A stretch of 60,777 nucleotides of DNA from an uncultured Oscillospiraceae bacterium (GTDB lineage Bacteria > Bacillota > Clostridia > Oscillospirales > Oscillospiraceae): positions 1 to 60,777 of the forward strand of contig CAZTYB010000001.1 of assembly GCA_964617595.1 (NCBI GenBank), written 5' to 3'. Positions 40,040 to 49,472 of this stretch are shown here, piece by piece (positions within the stretch are counted from its first letter, which is position 1; the number at the start of each line of letters is the position of its first letter). The notes under the pieces were generated by a model. The model was not told where the DNA came from, did not search any database, and worked only from the letters and a program-made list of their open reading frames with translations. A program made the position numbers and the translations under genes.

Positions 40040-42150
40040 GAATCGAATCTATGACCGCAACTTTCGGCAAATTGGAGCATCAGACTTTGGTGCTCCGGCC
40101 GGGGCTGAATGTGGTGGATGCCCCCAACGAATGGGGCAAGAGTACCTGGTGTGCGTTCCTCCTTGCCATGCTCTATGGAATGGAGACCCGGACGAAATCC
40201 ACCAAAAGCGCTCTGGCGGACAAGGAGCACTACGCCCCCTGGTCCGGCAGCCCCATGTCCGGGCGCATTGAATTGGTATGGAACGATCGCCGCATCACCA
40301 TCCAGCGGACGTCCCAAAAACGGATTCCAATGAAGGAGTTCCGGGCTTACGAGACGGAATCCGGCCTGGAAGTGCCGGAACTCACCGGCACCAACTGCGG
40401 CCAGATGCTCCTGGGCGTGGAGCGCAGCGTGTTCCAGCGGGCGGGATTCATCCGCCAGTCCGGCATGGGCGTGACGGCGGACGATGATCTGCGCCGCCGC
40501 CTGAATTCCCTTGTGACCACCGGGGAGGAAAGTGACGACGGAGCGAAACTGCAAAAGGGCTTGCGGGAACTAAAAAATCGCTGCTGCCACAATCCCACCG
40601 GCCAGCTCCCCCAGGCACGGCGGCAACGGGAGCAGCTGATGAGCGCTCTAGAGGAGTGCCGCACCCTCCATGGCCAGCAGGAGCGCATTACAAAAATGCT
40701 GGAGGAGAATGCCGCCTTGCAGCATTCCCTGACCCGGCATCAAGCTTACCTGGACTACATGGATGCCCAGCGGGATTGGCAGCGGGTGCAATCGGCGAAA
40801 GAGAATGCGGATGCCGCCCAACTGCGCCTGAACCGGGCGGAGGCGGCCTGCTCCGGTTTGCCCGATCAACAGGAGATTGAAGAAAAATTGCGCTCCATTC
40901 AGCAATTGCGCAAAAAGATCTCCGCATTTCAGCAGCAGCGCATCCCCGATGCGCCCATCCCGCCCCAGGGCAGATGCTTCGACGGGCTCACCGGGGAGCA
41001 GGCCGTGCATCGGGCGCAGACGGATACACGGGCTTACCGGGGGAGGGGAAGCAAGGGGGTCTTTGCGTGCCTCGGTGTGCTCTGCCTGGTGCTTGGGGCA
41101 GCGTTGGTATTGCTCCGGCAATCCCTGGTTGGCGCAGTGGTGACTTTCGGTGGTGTGGCGCTGCTGACCGCTTTTGCCATGGCCAGCCGGAAGCAGTCGG
41201 AAATGCGCAGGGAGTTGATTCGCCGCTACGGCGGCCTGCCCCCAGAGCAGTGGCAGGAGAAAGGGGAGGAATACGCCGCCGCAATGGAGGCATTCCGCCG
41301 CCGGGAGGAAATCTACCGCAACGAATTGCTTGACCGAACCCGCCGGCAGCAGGAGCTGCAACAGCAGATAGAGGCGCTGTGCGCCGGGCGGGGGATGGAA
41401 CAATGCTGGAGCGATTGGGAGCGGGCGCACGCCAGCCGGATGGAGCTGGATGCCGCCCGGAATCACGCCGCTCTGGCCGCCGGACAATACGAATCCCTGA
41501 AAGCCATGGCACGTCCCCTGCCGGAGGAGTGCCCCCTTTCGTCCCGGACGGAAAGCCGGGAGGAGACCCTCCAAAAACTTTCCGCTGCCCGGGCGCAGGA
41601 GCGACAGCTGCGCAGTGCCCAGGGGCAGAGCCAGGGAAAACTGGAGACGATGGGGGACGAGCAGACATTGCTGAACCGCCTGAAAGCGCTGGATGAACGC
41701 ATTGCCCAATTGCAGCGCTGGGAGGCTGCGCTGGATCTGGCGCAAAGCGCCCTGACCCAGGCAACGGAGGCGTTGCAGCGCCGCTTTGCTCCCCAGATTT
41801 CCGCCCGGGCGCAGGAGATGCTCAGCCAACTCACCGCCGGGAAATATGACCGGCTGAACCTGGATGCAGACCTGACCCTCCACTGCGCCGGTTCCGATGA
41901 GGATGTCCTCCGGGAGCCATTGTGGCGCAGTGACGGCACGTCGGATCAGCTTTACCTTGCCCTGCGGCTGGCGGTTGCCCGGGAACTTACCCCGGAAGCG
42001 CCGGTGATACTGGACGATGCCCTGGTGCGATTCGATGATGCCAGAGCGGCGGCAGCACTGGACTTGCTCCAATCCATCGGGGAGCAGACCCAGGTGATCC
42101 TCTTCTCCTGCCAAAGCCGGGAGAAGACCATGCTTTCCCAGAAAAATTAA
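40036..42150 (+). CDS. SMC/Rad50-like ATPase (YhaN-like) with coiled coil and internal TM hairpin
   Basis: APNEWGKST; SDGTSDQLYLALRLA; ILDDALVRFDD. Confidence 0.88.
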   Translation: MRIESMTATFGKLEHQTLVLRPGLNVVDAPNEWGKSTWCAFLLAMLYGMETRTKSTKSALADKEHYAPWSGSPMSGRIELVWNDRRITIQRTSQKRIPMKEFRAYETESGLEVPELTGTNCGQMLLGVERSVFQRAGFIRQSGMGVTADDDLRRRLNSLVTTGEESDDGAKLQKGLRELKNRCCHNPTGQLPQARRQREQLMSALEECRTLHGQQERITKMLEENAALQHSLTRHQAYLDYMDAQRDWQRVQSAKENADAAQLRLNRAEAACSGLPDQQEIEEKLRSIQQLRKKISAFQQQRIPDAPIPPQGRCFDGLTGEQAVHRAQTDTRAYRGRGSKGVFACLGVLCLVLGAALVLLRQSLVGAVVTFGGVALLTAFAMASRKQSEMRRELIRRYGGLPPEQWQEKGEEYAAAMEAFRRREEIYRNELLDRTRRQQELQQQIEALCAGRGMEQCWSDWERAHASRMELDAARNHAALAAGQYESLKAMARPLPEECPLSSRTESREETLQKLSAARAQERQLRSAQGQSQGKLETMGDEQTLLNRLKALDERIAQLQRWEAALDLAQSALTQATEALQRRFAPQISARAQEMLSQLTAGKYDRLNLDADLTLHCAGSDEDVLREPLWRSDGTSDQLYLALRLAVARELTPEAPVILDDALVRFDDARAAAALDLLQSIGEQTQVILFSCQSREKTMLSQKN

Positions 42151-43595
42151 CCTTTCATATAATACATCCCGATCCTGTCCCGCATTTCGTAATAATGGGC
42201 CAGTTCCCGCCAGCCCATCCCCGTGGAGGAACCGGCATAGAGGGCAATTCGGGTATCCGGCAGACCATGCTGTACCATGGCTGCCGGATTTTGTCCGCCC
42301 ACCCAGGGGACGTGATGGATGCCGCCCCACCATAGATTCTTCAGCCATGTCATTTGCGCAATGGGCGTGGGGTCGCCATAGGTGTAGCCCAGATTCAGGT
42401 CTTCCAACCCGCTGCACCCCAGCAGGGGGGAGTAGTCCCTGACCGGGGTGACGAACAGCTCCAGATAGCATAGTTTTTTCAGCCCCGCCAGGGGGGAAAT
42501 ATCCCGGACTTGGGTATCCGCCAGCACCAGGTAGCGCAGCCGGGGCATATTCTGCGCCCAGTTACAGTGACGGATCCAACAGTGCCCCAGGTCGATGCAC
42601 TCCATATCCGTGCAGTATTTCAGCTCGTCCGCATCGCTGCCCCCGATGAGCTGCCCGTGGGTAATGGGAGCGAACCAGGTGTCGTCCGTCCGGGCGGAGA
42701 GCGACCCCAATTTCACCCGCCAGACGAAGCGGATCATGGGATAGCGCTGGGTCAGGGTGGCCATGGTCTTGCTGCTTAGGCCGCAGTCACATAGGATCAG
42801 CTTGCGCAAATGGGGCAGGTAGTGAATCAATTCCTCAATTTTCTCCGTGCCATCCATGGGAATTCCGGATAAGTCCAATTCCTGTACATCGGTGGAAAAG
42901 ATAACGTCCCCCCATTTTTCCTCCCAGATGAAAGAGATGCCCGGGTAATCGGATGCCATTTGCCGTGCCTGCTTACCGGTTATGCCCGTTCGGCGCAAAT
43001 CCAGCTGACGAAGATTTGGCAGCAGCCCCATTGCATTGCGAATCTGCGCCCCGGTGCATTCCCCCGGGGCGATTTCTTCCGCCTGACCGCTGATGCAGAT
43101 TTCCCCCAGGGAAAGACTGTATTCTACATTGCATTCCGGCCTCTTTGCCGCCAGGGACAGTAGCTGCGCATAATCCCGGCAATGCTTCCCGTCCACCCGC
43201 CGCAACCGGGGCAGGGCGCACAGCGCTTCCACGTCCCCGTCCGTTAACCGCCGCACCTGGACGGCGGAGGCATCGCCGGAGATGCTTCCCCCCTGAAAGG
43301 CCAGTTCCCATAGGATACGGGCATCCCCGGCGGCATTTTGCAGCAGCGCGAGCTCTTTCGGATTTAACCCTGTGCCCCGCAGATCGATCCAACGCAGATT
43401 GGGGAAATGGCGGAGCTTGCCGATTTCCCGGGGCAGCCCATCCGGAAAAGCCAGGACGGTGGCGGAACGGTCATAAACTTTTCCGTCCAGAATAAGATGA
43501 TCTTGCCGGAATTCCCTATGCCAGAGCGCCACGGCAAAAGCAACCGCAAGGAATCCCAAAAGGCGCTTTGCGTTGCTCAATTTAAATTCGATCAT
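42147..43595 (-). CDS. Membrane-anchored leucine-rich-repeat protein, paralog 1
   Basis: N-terminal hydrophobic segment; LxxLDLxxT/N repeats; DISPLAGLKKLCYLEL. Confidence 0.8.
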   Translation of the reverse strand: MIEFKLSNAKRLLGFLAVAFAVALWHREFRQDHLILDGKVYDRSATVLAFPDGLPREIGKLRHFPNLRWIDLRGTGLNPKELALLQNAAGDARILWELAFQGGSISGDASAVQVRRLTDGDVEALCALPRLRRVDGKHCRDYAQLLSLAAKRPECNVEYSLSLGEICISGQAEEIAPGECTGAQIRNAMGLLPNLRQLDLRRTGITGKQARQMASDYPGISFIWEEKWGDVIFSTDVQELDLSGIPMDGTEKIEELIHYLPHLRKLILCDCGLSSKTMATLTQRYPMIRFVWRVKLGSLSARTDDTWFAPITHGQLIGGSDADELKYCTDMECIDLGHCWIRHCNWAQNMPRLRYLVLADTQVRDISPLAGLKKLCYLELFVTPVRDYSPLLGCSGLEDLNLGYTYGDPTPIAQMTWLKNLWWGGIHHVPWVGGQNPAAMVQHGLPDTRIALYAGSSTGMGWRELAHYYEMRDRIGMYYMKG

Positions 43596-43611
43596 TTTTC
43601 CCCCTTATAAT

Positions 43612-43730
43612 GTAGGGGACGGGTTTCCCGTCCCTCTTGATCTGGGATGTTCACGGGCTAATGTCGTCAACTTAAGTGCAGCAACACCTACGAAACCCTT
43701 TCAGGGGAGGAAAAAGGCACTCTGTTTCGC
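43612..43730 (+). repeat. Truncated/chimeric REP-MITE remnant, copy 4
   Basis: GTAGGGGACGGG..CCCGTCCC; TAATGTCGTCAACTTAAG (43659-43676); CCCTTTCAGGGGAGGAAAA. Confidence 0.75.
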
Positions 43731-43872
43731 TACCTGTTCCAACCTCCTCCCGTAATGGTAGTATGCACCACGGGGGCGAAAAGGGAGATGGCAAAATATG
43801 GGCAAAAAGGCTTGACGGCAATGGATTTCGGTTGTATGATAATGCAACAAATGGATATAAAGAAGTGAGCAA

Positions 43873-44574
43873 ATGAAAAAGAATGAATATCTCCTGGGGG
43901 TGCGCCGGGGGCTGCCCGTGGGGCTGGGGTATTTCTCCGTCAGTTTCGGATTCGGGGCAATGGCCGTATCCAAGGGGCTGAGCGTGACCCAGGCCACGCT
44001 GATCTCTGCAACCAATCTGACCAGTGCCGGGCAATTCGCAGGACTTTCTACCATTGTGGAAAATTCCGGCCTCTGGATGATGATCCTGACGCAACTGATC
44101 ATCAATAGCCGCTACGCCCTGATGAGCCTGGCGCTGAGCCAGCGGATGGGGGCGGAAATCGGACTGCTGCCCAGGCTCTGCATCGCATTCATCAATACGG
44201 ATGAGGTCTTCGCTCTGGCCATGGCCAGGGAGCATAAGCTTACCGTGCCATTCCTCTATGGCCTGGGGCTGCTGCCCATTGCCGGGTGGGTATCCGGTAC
44301 ACTCTTCGGGGCGCTGGCCGGGAGCATCCTGCCCTCTTCTATCCGCACCGCCCTGGGGGTAATGCTGTACGGTATGTTCGTGGCCATTGTCATCCCCCCG
44401 GCGAAGAAAGAACGGCCGGTGGCGCTTGTGGTGCTGCTGGCCATGGGGTGCAGCTGCCTGTTTGCCTGGGTGCCCGCCCTGGCGCAGGTACCCAAGGGAA
44501 TGCCCATTGTGATCTGCACCGTTGTTGCTGCCGCTCTGTGCGCATGGCTGTTTCCAGTGGAGGAGAAAGAATGA
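43873..44574 (+). CDS. azlC: AzlC-family branched-chain amino acid exporter
   Basis: GLPVGLGY, SAGQFA, INSRY.LMS, TDEVFA; promoter TTGACG-17-TATGAT at 43812-43840. Confidence 0.9.
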   Translation: MKKNEYLLGVRRGLPVGLGYFSVSFGFGAMAVSKGLSVTQATLISATNLTSAGQFAGLSTIVENSGLWMMILTQLIINSRYALMSLALSQRMGAEIGLLPRLCIAFINTDEVFALAMAREHKLTVPFLYGLGLLPIAGWVSGTLFGALAGSILPSSIRTALGVMLYGMFVAIVIPPAKKERPVALVVLLAMGCSCLFAWVPALAQVPKGMPIVICTVVAAALCAWLFPVEEKE

Positions 44575-44882
44575 ATATTTATGCGTATATTGCCGCTATG
44601 GCACTGACGACCTATCTGGTGCGGATGCTGCCACTGACCGTTTTTCGCAAACCCATCCGCAGCCGCTTCGTCCGCTCGTTCCTGCATTATGTTCCCTATG
44701 CCTGCCTGACGGCCATGACTTTTCCGGCGATTCTGGGAGATACGGCATCGTGCATCAGCGGTGCTGCCGCACTGGTTGTTGCGGTGGCGCTGGCCTACTG
44801 GGGGCAGAGTTTGATCGTGGTTGCGCTGGCCAGCTCCGCTGCGGTGTTCCTTGTGGAGCGGTTGCTGGGGCTGCCGATTTGA
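44571..44882 (+). CDS. azlD: AzlD-family small membrane subunit
   Basis: TYLVRMLP, FLHYVPYA; ATGA overlap with azlC. Confidence 0.88.
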   Translation: MNIYAYIAAMALTTYLVRMLPLTVFRKPIRSRFVRSFLHYVPYACLTAMTFPAILGDTASCISGAAALVVAVALAYWGQSLIVVALASSAAVFLVERLLGLPI

Positions 44883-44992
44883 TGGGCGCAATCTTAAGAT
44901 TTCATTGAAATTAACTGGAAATGATTGACTTTTATTCGGTCATCTGATATACATACACGGTGCTTTTCCGGGTAGCTTTGGAGGGATGGCGG

Positions 44993-45556
44993 ATGAATTC
45001 CTGGGAAATACTATTGCTGGGTGCGGGGCTGAGCATGGATGCATTTGCCGTCTCCCTTTGCAAGGGACTGGCTGTGCAGCGGGCGGACGGACGAACCGCC
45101 CTCACCTGCGGTGCATGGTTCGGCTTTTTTCAGGGGTTGATGCCGGCCATCGGCTTCTTCCTGGGTAAACTCTTTGCCGCCGCCATCCAGGCGTTTGACC
45201 ACTGGGTCGCTTTCGGCCTGCTGGTGCTGGTGGGCGGGAATATGATCAGGGAAGCCTTCGACCCGGACGAGTCCGGTGATGCCTCCGCCGCCCTCTCCCC
45301 CGGGGCAATGCTGCCCCTGGCAGTGGCGACCTCCATCGATGCCCTGGCGGTGGGGCTGTCCCTGGCGATGGTGGAGGGGGTGCACCTTTGGTGCTGCGTA
45401 AGCACCATCGCTGTTACCACTGCTCTGCTCAGTGGCGCCGGTGCAATCGTCGGCGGCACATTCGGGAGAAAAATGGAAACGAAAGCGCAGCTTGTTGGAG
45501 GGCTTGTTCTGATCCTGCTGGGATGCAAGATGCTGCTGGAAGGTTTGGTGGGGTAA
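44993..45556 (+). CDS. mntP: MntP-family manganese efflux pump
   Basis: LSMDAFAVS, FGFFQGLMP, DHW, ATSIDALAVG. Confidence 0.9.
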   Translation: MNSWEILLLGAGLSMDAFAVSLCKGLAVQRADGRTALTCGAWFGFFQGLMPAIGFFLGKLFAAAIQAFDHWVAFGLLVLVGGNMIREAFDPDESGDASAALSPGAMLPLAVATSIDALAVGLSLAMVEGVHLWCCVSTIAVTTALLSGAGAIVGGTFGRKMETKAQLVGGLVLILLGCKMLLEGLVG

Positions 45557-45558
45557 AA

Positions 45559-46014
45559 ATGAAAACGAAAGCAAAGAATATTTACCTGAGATGTGCACTG
45601 GCCGCCGTGATTCTCCTGCTGTGCTTTATCTGGGGCAATTCCCTGCTGCCCGGTGAAGAATCGGGGCAAATCAGCGGCGGATTGCTGGCCTGGCTGCGGG
45701 GGCATTTTCGGCTTTTTGCCGGGCTGCCGGAGGTAGTTCTGCGGAAAATTGGCCACGTGTCGGAGTTTGCCGCCCTGGGGCTGTGCCTGGGCTGGCTGTT
45801 TTTCAATGCCGGTTCCGTGGGAGTGCACCGGCTGACCATGCCGCTGCTGGCGGGGATGGCCGCCGCCAATATTGACGAGACCATCCAGTATTTCCGCCCC
45901 GACCGGGGGCCAAGTGTGATCGATGTATGGATCGATGTGGGCGGCGTTTGCATTGGGCTCTGCCTGTGGCTGCTGTTGCGAAAAATCATAAAATGGAAAG
46001 GAAAACGAAAATGA
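45559..46014 (+). CDS. VanZ-family membrane protein
   Basis: FIWGNSL, RKIGHVSEF, DETIQYF.PDR, DVWID. Confidence 0.88.
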   Translation: MKTKAKNIYLRCALAAVILLLCFIWGNSLLPGEESGQISGGLLAWLRGHFRLFAGLPEVVLRKIGHVSEFAALGLCLGWLFFNAGSVGVHRLTMPLLAGMAAANIDETIQYFRPDRGPSVIDVWIDVGGVCIGLCLWLLLRKIIKWKGKRK

Positions 46015-46529
46015 AGAAATTTACGCTCATTCTCCTGGCGGCGATTTTGCTCCTGGAATGTGCCGGTTGTGTGCAGAAGTCCACCCCAAAGGCGACCTTG
46101 GAGGGAACCACGGGGGAGATCATGGACAAGCTCTATGCTACTCATACCCCCGTTGACCTGTACCTGGAAACCAGGGAGCTGGATATCAGCGATGCCGATG
46201 GGGTTCGCCACAATCTGGGGCTGGAAAACGGCGAAGCGCTGAGCCAGTGTAGTCTCTCCGAGCCCATGATGGGCAGCCAGGCATATTCCCTGGCCATTGT
46301 GCGGGTAAAGGACGGCGCAGATACCGAAAAAGAAGCGAAAGAAATTTATGACAATGTAAATATGCGCAAATGGATCTGCGTGGAGGCGGACGTGAAGACC
46401 GTTGCCTATTATGGCGATGTAATCATGATGTATATGGTCAATTCTGAATTCACCGATGTGCCCACGGCGCAGTCCATCCAGGATGCTTTCCGCACGGTCT
46501 GTGGCGGGGAAATCACGATCGTTGGATAA
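46011..46529 (+). CDS. Putative lipoprotein (DUF4358-like partner of MBOAT/DHHW clusters)
   Basis: Signal with CAGC lipobox; EPMM..QAYS, RKWICV; gene context. Confidence 0.7.
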   Translation: MKKFTLILLAAILLLECAGCVQKSTPKATLEGTTGEIMDKLYATHTPVDLYLETRELDISDADGVRHNLGLENGEALSQCSLSEPMMGSQAYSLAIVRVKDGADTEKEAKEIYDNVNMRKWICVEADVKTVAYYGDVIMMYMVNSEFTDVPTAQSIQDAFRTVCGGEITIVG

Positions 46530-46599
46530 TCAATCATAAATGAATCACGGCAGCGCCCATTGATTTGAGCCGCTGCCGTTTTTTACAGAGGGTGAAAGA

Positions 46600-47979
46600 A
46601 TGCTTTTTTCCGGATTGACCTTTCTCTATTTCTTCCTGCCAACGGTGGTGGCCGTGTATTTCGCCGTTCCGGGGAAATGGAGGAACGGGGTACTGCTCCT
46701 GTTCAGTCTGCTTTTTTATGCCTGGGGGGAACCGAAGCTGGCCTGGCTGATGGTGGTGACCATTGGGGCGTTCTACCTGTGCGGTTTGGCCATCGGAAAG
46801 AGCGCAAGCGAACGGGGGAAGAAGATTTGGCTGACGGTTTCCGCTGCGCTGGGTGTTGGGCTGTTGATCCTCTTTAAATATGCGGACTTCTTTATCCAGT
46901 CGTTCAATTCCCTTTTGGGGACGGACATCCCTGCGCTTCGTCTGGCGCTGCCCATCGGCATCAGTTTTTATACTTTCCAGTGCATCAGCTATACGGTGGA
47001 CGTTTACAGGGGGGATGCGGCGGTGCAGCGTGATCCCGTAGCTTTCGGGTGCTATGTTTCCCTGTTCCCCCAGCTCATCGCCGGCCCCATTGTCCGCTAT
47101 ACCCAGGTTGCCCGGGAATTGGCGCACCGGGAGCATACGCTGGAACAGTTCGCCGGGGGGCTGAGGCGATTCCTCTTCGGTTTGGGGAAGAAAGTGCTGC
47201 TGGCCAACCAGTTGGGGGAATTGACCCAGCTCTACCGGGACTGCAATGAGAAAACGGTGCTCTTTTGCTGGCTGTATACCATTGGGTTTACGCTGCAAAT
47301 CTATTTCGATTTCTCCGGCTATTCGGATATGGCCATCGGTCTGGGGCAGATTTTCGGGTTCCATTTCCCGGAGAATTTTAACTATCCTTTCCTCAGTTCC
47401 AGCATTACCCAATTCTGGCGGCGGTGGCACATGACCCTTGGGGGCTGGTTCCGGGACTATGTCTACATCCCCCTGGGTGGCAACCGGGTGAGGAAAGGGC
47501 GCTGGGTATGCAATATTCTGCTGGTCTGGATGCTGACCGGGCTATGGCACGGGGCAAGCTGGAATTTCGTGCTGTGGGGGTTGGTATTTGCGGCATTTTT
47601 GCTGCTGGAGAAAGCCGTCCCCGCCCTGACCCGTCTGCCCCGGGGCATCGCCCAGGGGTACGTGATGACGGTGGTCGTAATGAGTTTCGTACTGTTCAAT
47701 GGGGAGAATCTGGCGCAGGTCGGTTCCGATTTCGCTGGGATGTTGGGTCTCGGGGGGCTGCCGGTGGCGAATACCCAGGCAATCTATCAGCTGCGCAGTT
47801 TCGCGCCCCTGCTTGCGGCGGGGTGCATCGGGGCAACGCCGCTGCCGAAGCGCTGCGGCGGGGCGATGGAGCGGCGATGGCCGTGGCTTGCGACCGCCGC
47901 CATGGTGGCGCTGCTGCTGATTTGCACGGCGTACCTGGTGGATGGGTCGTTCAATCCGTTCCTCTATTTCCGGTTTTAA
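46600..47979 (+). CDS. MBOAT-family O-acyltransferase (AlgI/PatA/DltB-like)
   Basis: LPIGISFYTFQ, FPQLIAGPIVR, YFDFSGYSDMA, FWRRWHMTL, GLWHGASWNF, NPFLYFRF. Confidence 0.95.
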   Translation: MLFSGLTFLYFFLPTVVAVYFAVPGKWRNGVLLLFSLLFYAWGEPKLAWLMVVTIGAFYLCGLAIGKSASERGKKIWLTVSAALGVGLLILFKYADFFIQSFNSLLGTDIPALRLALPIGISFYTFQCISYTVDVYRGDAAVQRDPVAFGCYVSLFPQLIAGPIVRYTQVARELAHREHTLEQFAGGLRRFLFGLGKKVLLANQLGELTQLYRDCNEKTVLFCWLYTIGFTLQIYFDFSGYSDMAIGLGQIFGFHFPENFNYPFLSSSITQFWRRWHMTLGGWFRDYVYIPLGGNRVRKGRWVCNILLVWMLTGLWHGASWNFVLWGLVFAAFLLLEKAVPALTRLPRGIAQGYVMTVVVMSFVLFNGENLAQVGSDFAGMLGLGGLPVANTQAIYQLRSFAPLLAAGCIGATPLPKRCGGAMERRWPWLATAAMVALLLICTAYLVDGSFNPFLYFRF

Positions 47980-47990
47980 GCGGTTGCGCA

Positions 47991-48300
47991 TTTTCCTCCC
48001 CTGAAAGGGTAATGTTGCCAACTTAAGGTTCGATACGGTAGCGCCCCTTGTCCCCCTCTTTGAGGGGGATGTCGGCCGAACAGGCCGACAGGGGGAGTGT
48101 CGTTGGTATTTTTGAGCATTTACCATTCATTATAGGACACTCCCTCAGTCAAAATCGGTTCCGAAGAGCCGATTTTGACAGCTCAGCCTAAAGGCATGGC
48201 TTCGCACACCTCTGAGAGGGAGCCAAGGGGGGGCTGCGCTTAAGTTGACGACATTACTTTTCAGGGGGGCAAAAGGACTCTATCCCATTCCATTTCACGA
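47991..48300 (+). repeat. Nested REP/MITE-like composite element, copy 5 (most complete)
   Basis: Outer TTTTCCTCCCCTGAAAGGG / CTTTTCAGGGGGGCAAAAGG; inverted arms at 48010-48027 and 48239-48256; core bounded by CCCCTTG/CAAGGGG. Confidence 0.92.
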
Positions 48301-48317
48301 TACCGGGAGGTTTGAAA

Positions 48318-49409
48318 ATGAAAAAGAAGAATGCCCTCTCCGTTATTTTGCTTGCGGCGGTGTGGCTGGGGCTGGCGGTGGCGATGTGGCTGAGCCCGCA
48401 GGGGGAAATCTCCGATTCCGAACGGCGCAAACTGCAACAGCGCCCGGTGTTGACCACCCAAGGGCTGCTGGATGGGCGGTATATGACCCAATTCGAGACT
48501 TATTGCCAGGATCAGTTCCCCCTCCGGGAGGAATTCCGGAAACTGAAAGCCCAATTTAACCAGAAAATCGTCCGCCGACTGGATAATAACGGGATCTATA
48601 TCACGGGCGGTATGGCCGCTCAACTGGAATATCCGTTGAATCCCAATTCCGTCCAAAGGGCTGTGGATAAATTCAATCAGATTTACCGGGAATATTTGCA
48701 GCAGAGCGAGAAAATTCTCTTCTCCATCGTGCCGGACAAGGGCTATTATCTGGCCGCCCCCAACGGCTACCCAAGCATGGACTATGATGCGATGTTCGAT
48801 GCTTTCCGGAGCCTGGGTTGGGCGCAGTACGTCGACCTGACGGCGGCGCTGGACGAAAGCTGCTACTACCGGACGGATACTCACTGGCGGCAGGAGCTGA
48901 TACTGGATGCGGCGGAGCTGATCGCCGGGGCACTGGGAATCGACATCCGTGACGAAGTTTATGAACTGACGGCGGTGGAGCGCCCTTTCTACGGGGTCTA
49001 TTACGGCCAGGCGGCGCTGCCCATGGAGCCGGAGACCATGTATCTGTTGCAGAGCGATACCCTCAGGGGCTGCACCGTGACCAATTACGATACCGGCGAA
49101 ACTTCCTCCATTTATAATATGGACAAGGGATCCAGCCGGGATTTGTACGATGTCTTCCTCTCCGGCGGTGTTGCTGTAATGACGGTGGAGAATCCCAGCG
49201 CCCAAACGGAGCGGGAGCTGGTGATCTTCCGGGATTCTTTCGGCAGCAGTTTGGCGCCGCTGCTGGTGCCGGGGTACAGCAAGGTGACACTGGTGGATAT
49301 CCGGTATATTGCACCGGAAAAAATGGGGGAATATGTGGATTTCCGGGGGAAAGACGTACTCTTCCTTTACAGCACGCTGGTACTGAGTCAGAGCTCTGTT
49401 TTGAGGTGA
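48318..49409 (+). CDS. DHHW-family (AlgJ/AlgX-like SGNH) acyltransferase partner
   Basis: N-terminal TM; SERRKL, DQFPLRE, YYRTDTHW, FRDSFGSS, VDIRY. Confidence 0.88.
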   Translation: MKKKNALSVILLAAVWLGLAVAMWLSPQGEISDSERRKLQQRPVLTTQGLLDGRYMTQFETYCQDQFPLREEFRKLKAQFNQKIVRRLDNNGIYITGGMAAQLEYPLNPNSVQRAVDKFNQIYREYLQQSEKILFSIVPDKGYYLAAPNGYPSMDYDAMFDAFRSLGWAQYVDLTAALDESCYYRTDTHWRQELILDAAELIAGALGIDIRDEVYELTAVERPFYGVYYGQAALPMEPETMYLLQSDTLRGCTVTNYDTGETSSIYNMDKGSSRDLYDVFLSGGVAVMTVENPSAQTERELVIFRDSFGSSLAPLLVPGYSKVTLVDIRYIAPEKMGEYVDFRGKDVLFLYSTLVLSQSSVLR

Positions 49410-49415
49410 ATAAAA

Positions 49416-49472
49416 GAAAAAACAAGGCAGGAACCGGACGAAAATCCGGCTTCTGCCTTGCTTTGTTTTTTA
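49416..49472. terminator. Bidirectional terminator
   Basis: AAAAAACAAGGCAGGAACCGGA..TCCGGCTTCTGCCTTGCTTTGTTTTT. Confidence 0.7.

Noticed and set aside
38972..42150. Nuclease-ATPase pair as a new defence system
   Set aside because: Matches the widespread YhaO/YhaN (SbcCD-like) architecture in a housekeeping context.
40648..42471. 607-aa minus-strand ORF, and similar ORFs at 12057-13496 and 32996-34174
   Set aside because: Shadow ORFs opposite well-supported genes.
44890..44992. yybP-ykoY Mn riboswitch upstream of mntP
   Set aside because: The candidate promoter leaves a leader too short, and the consensus is absent.
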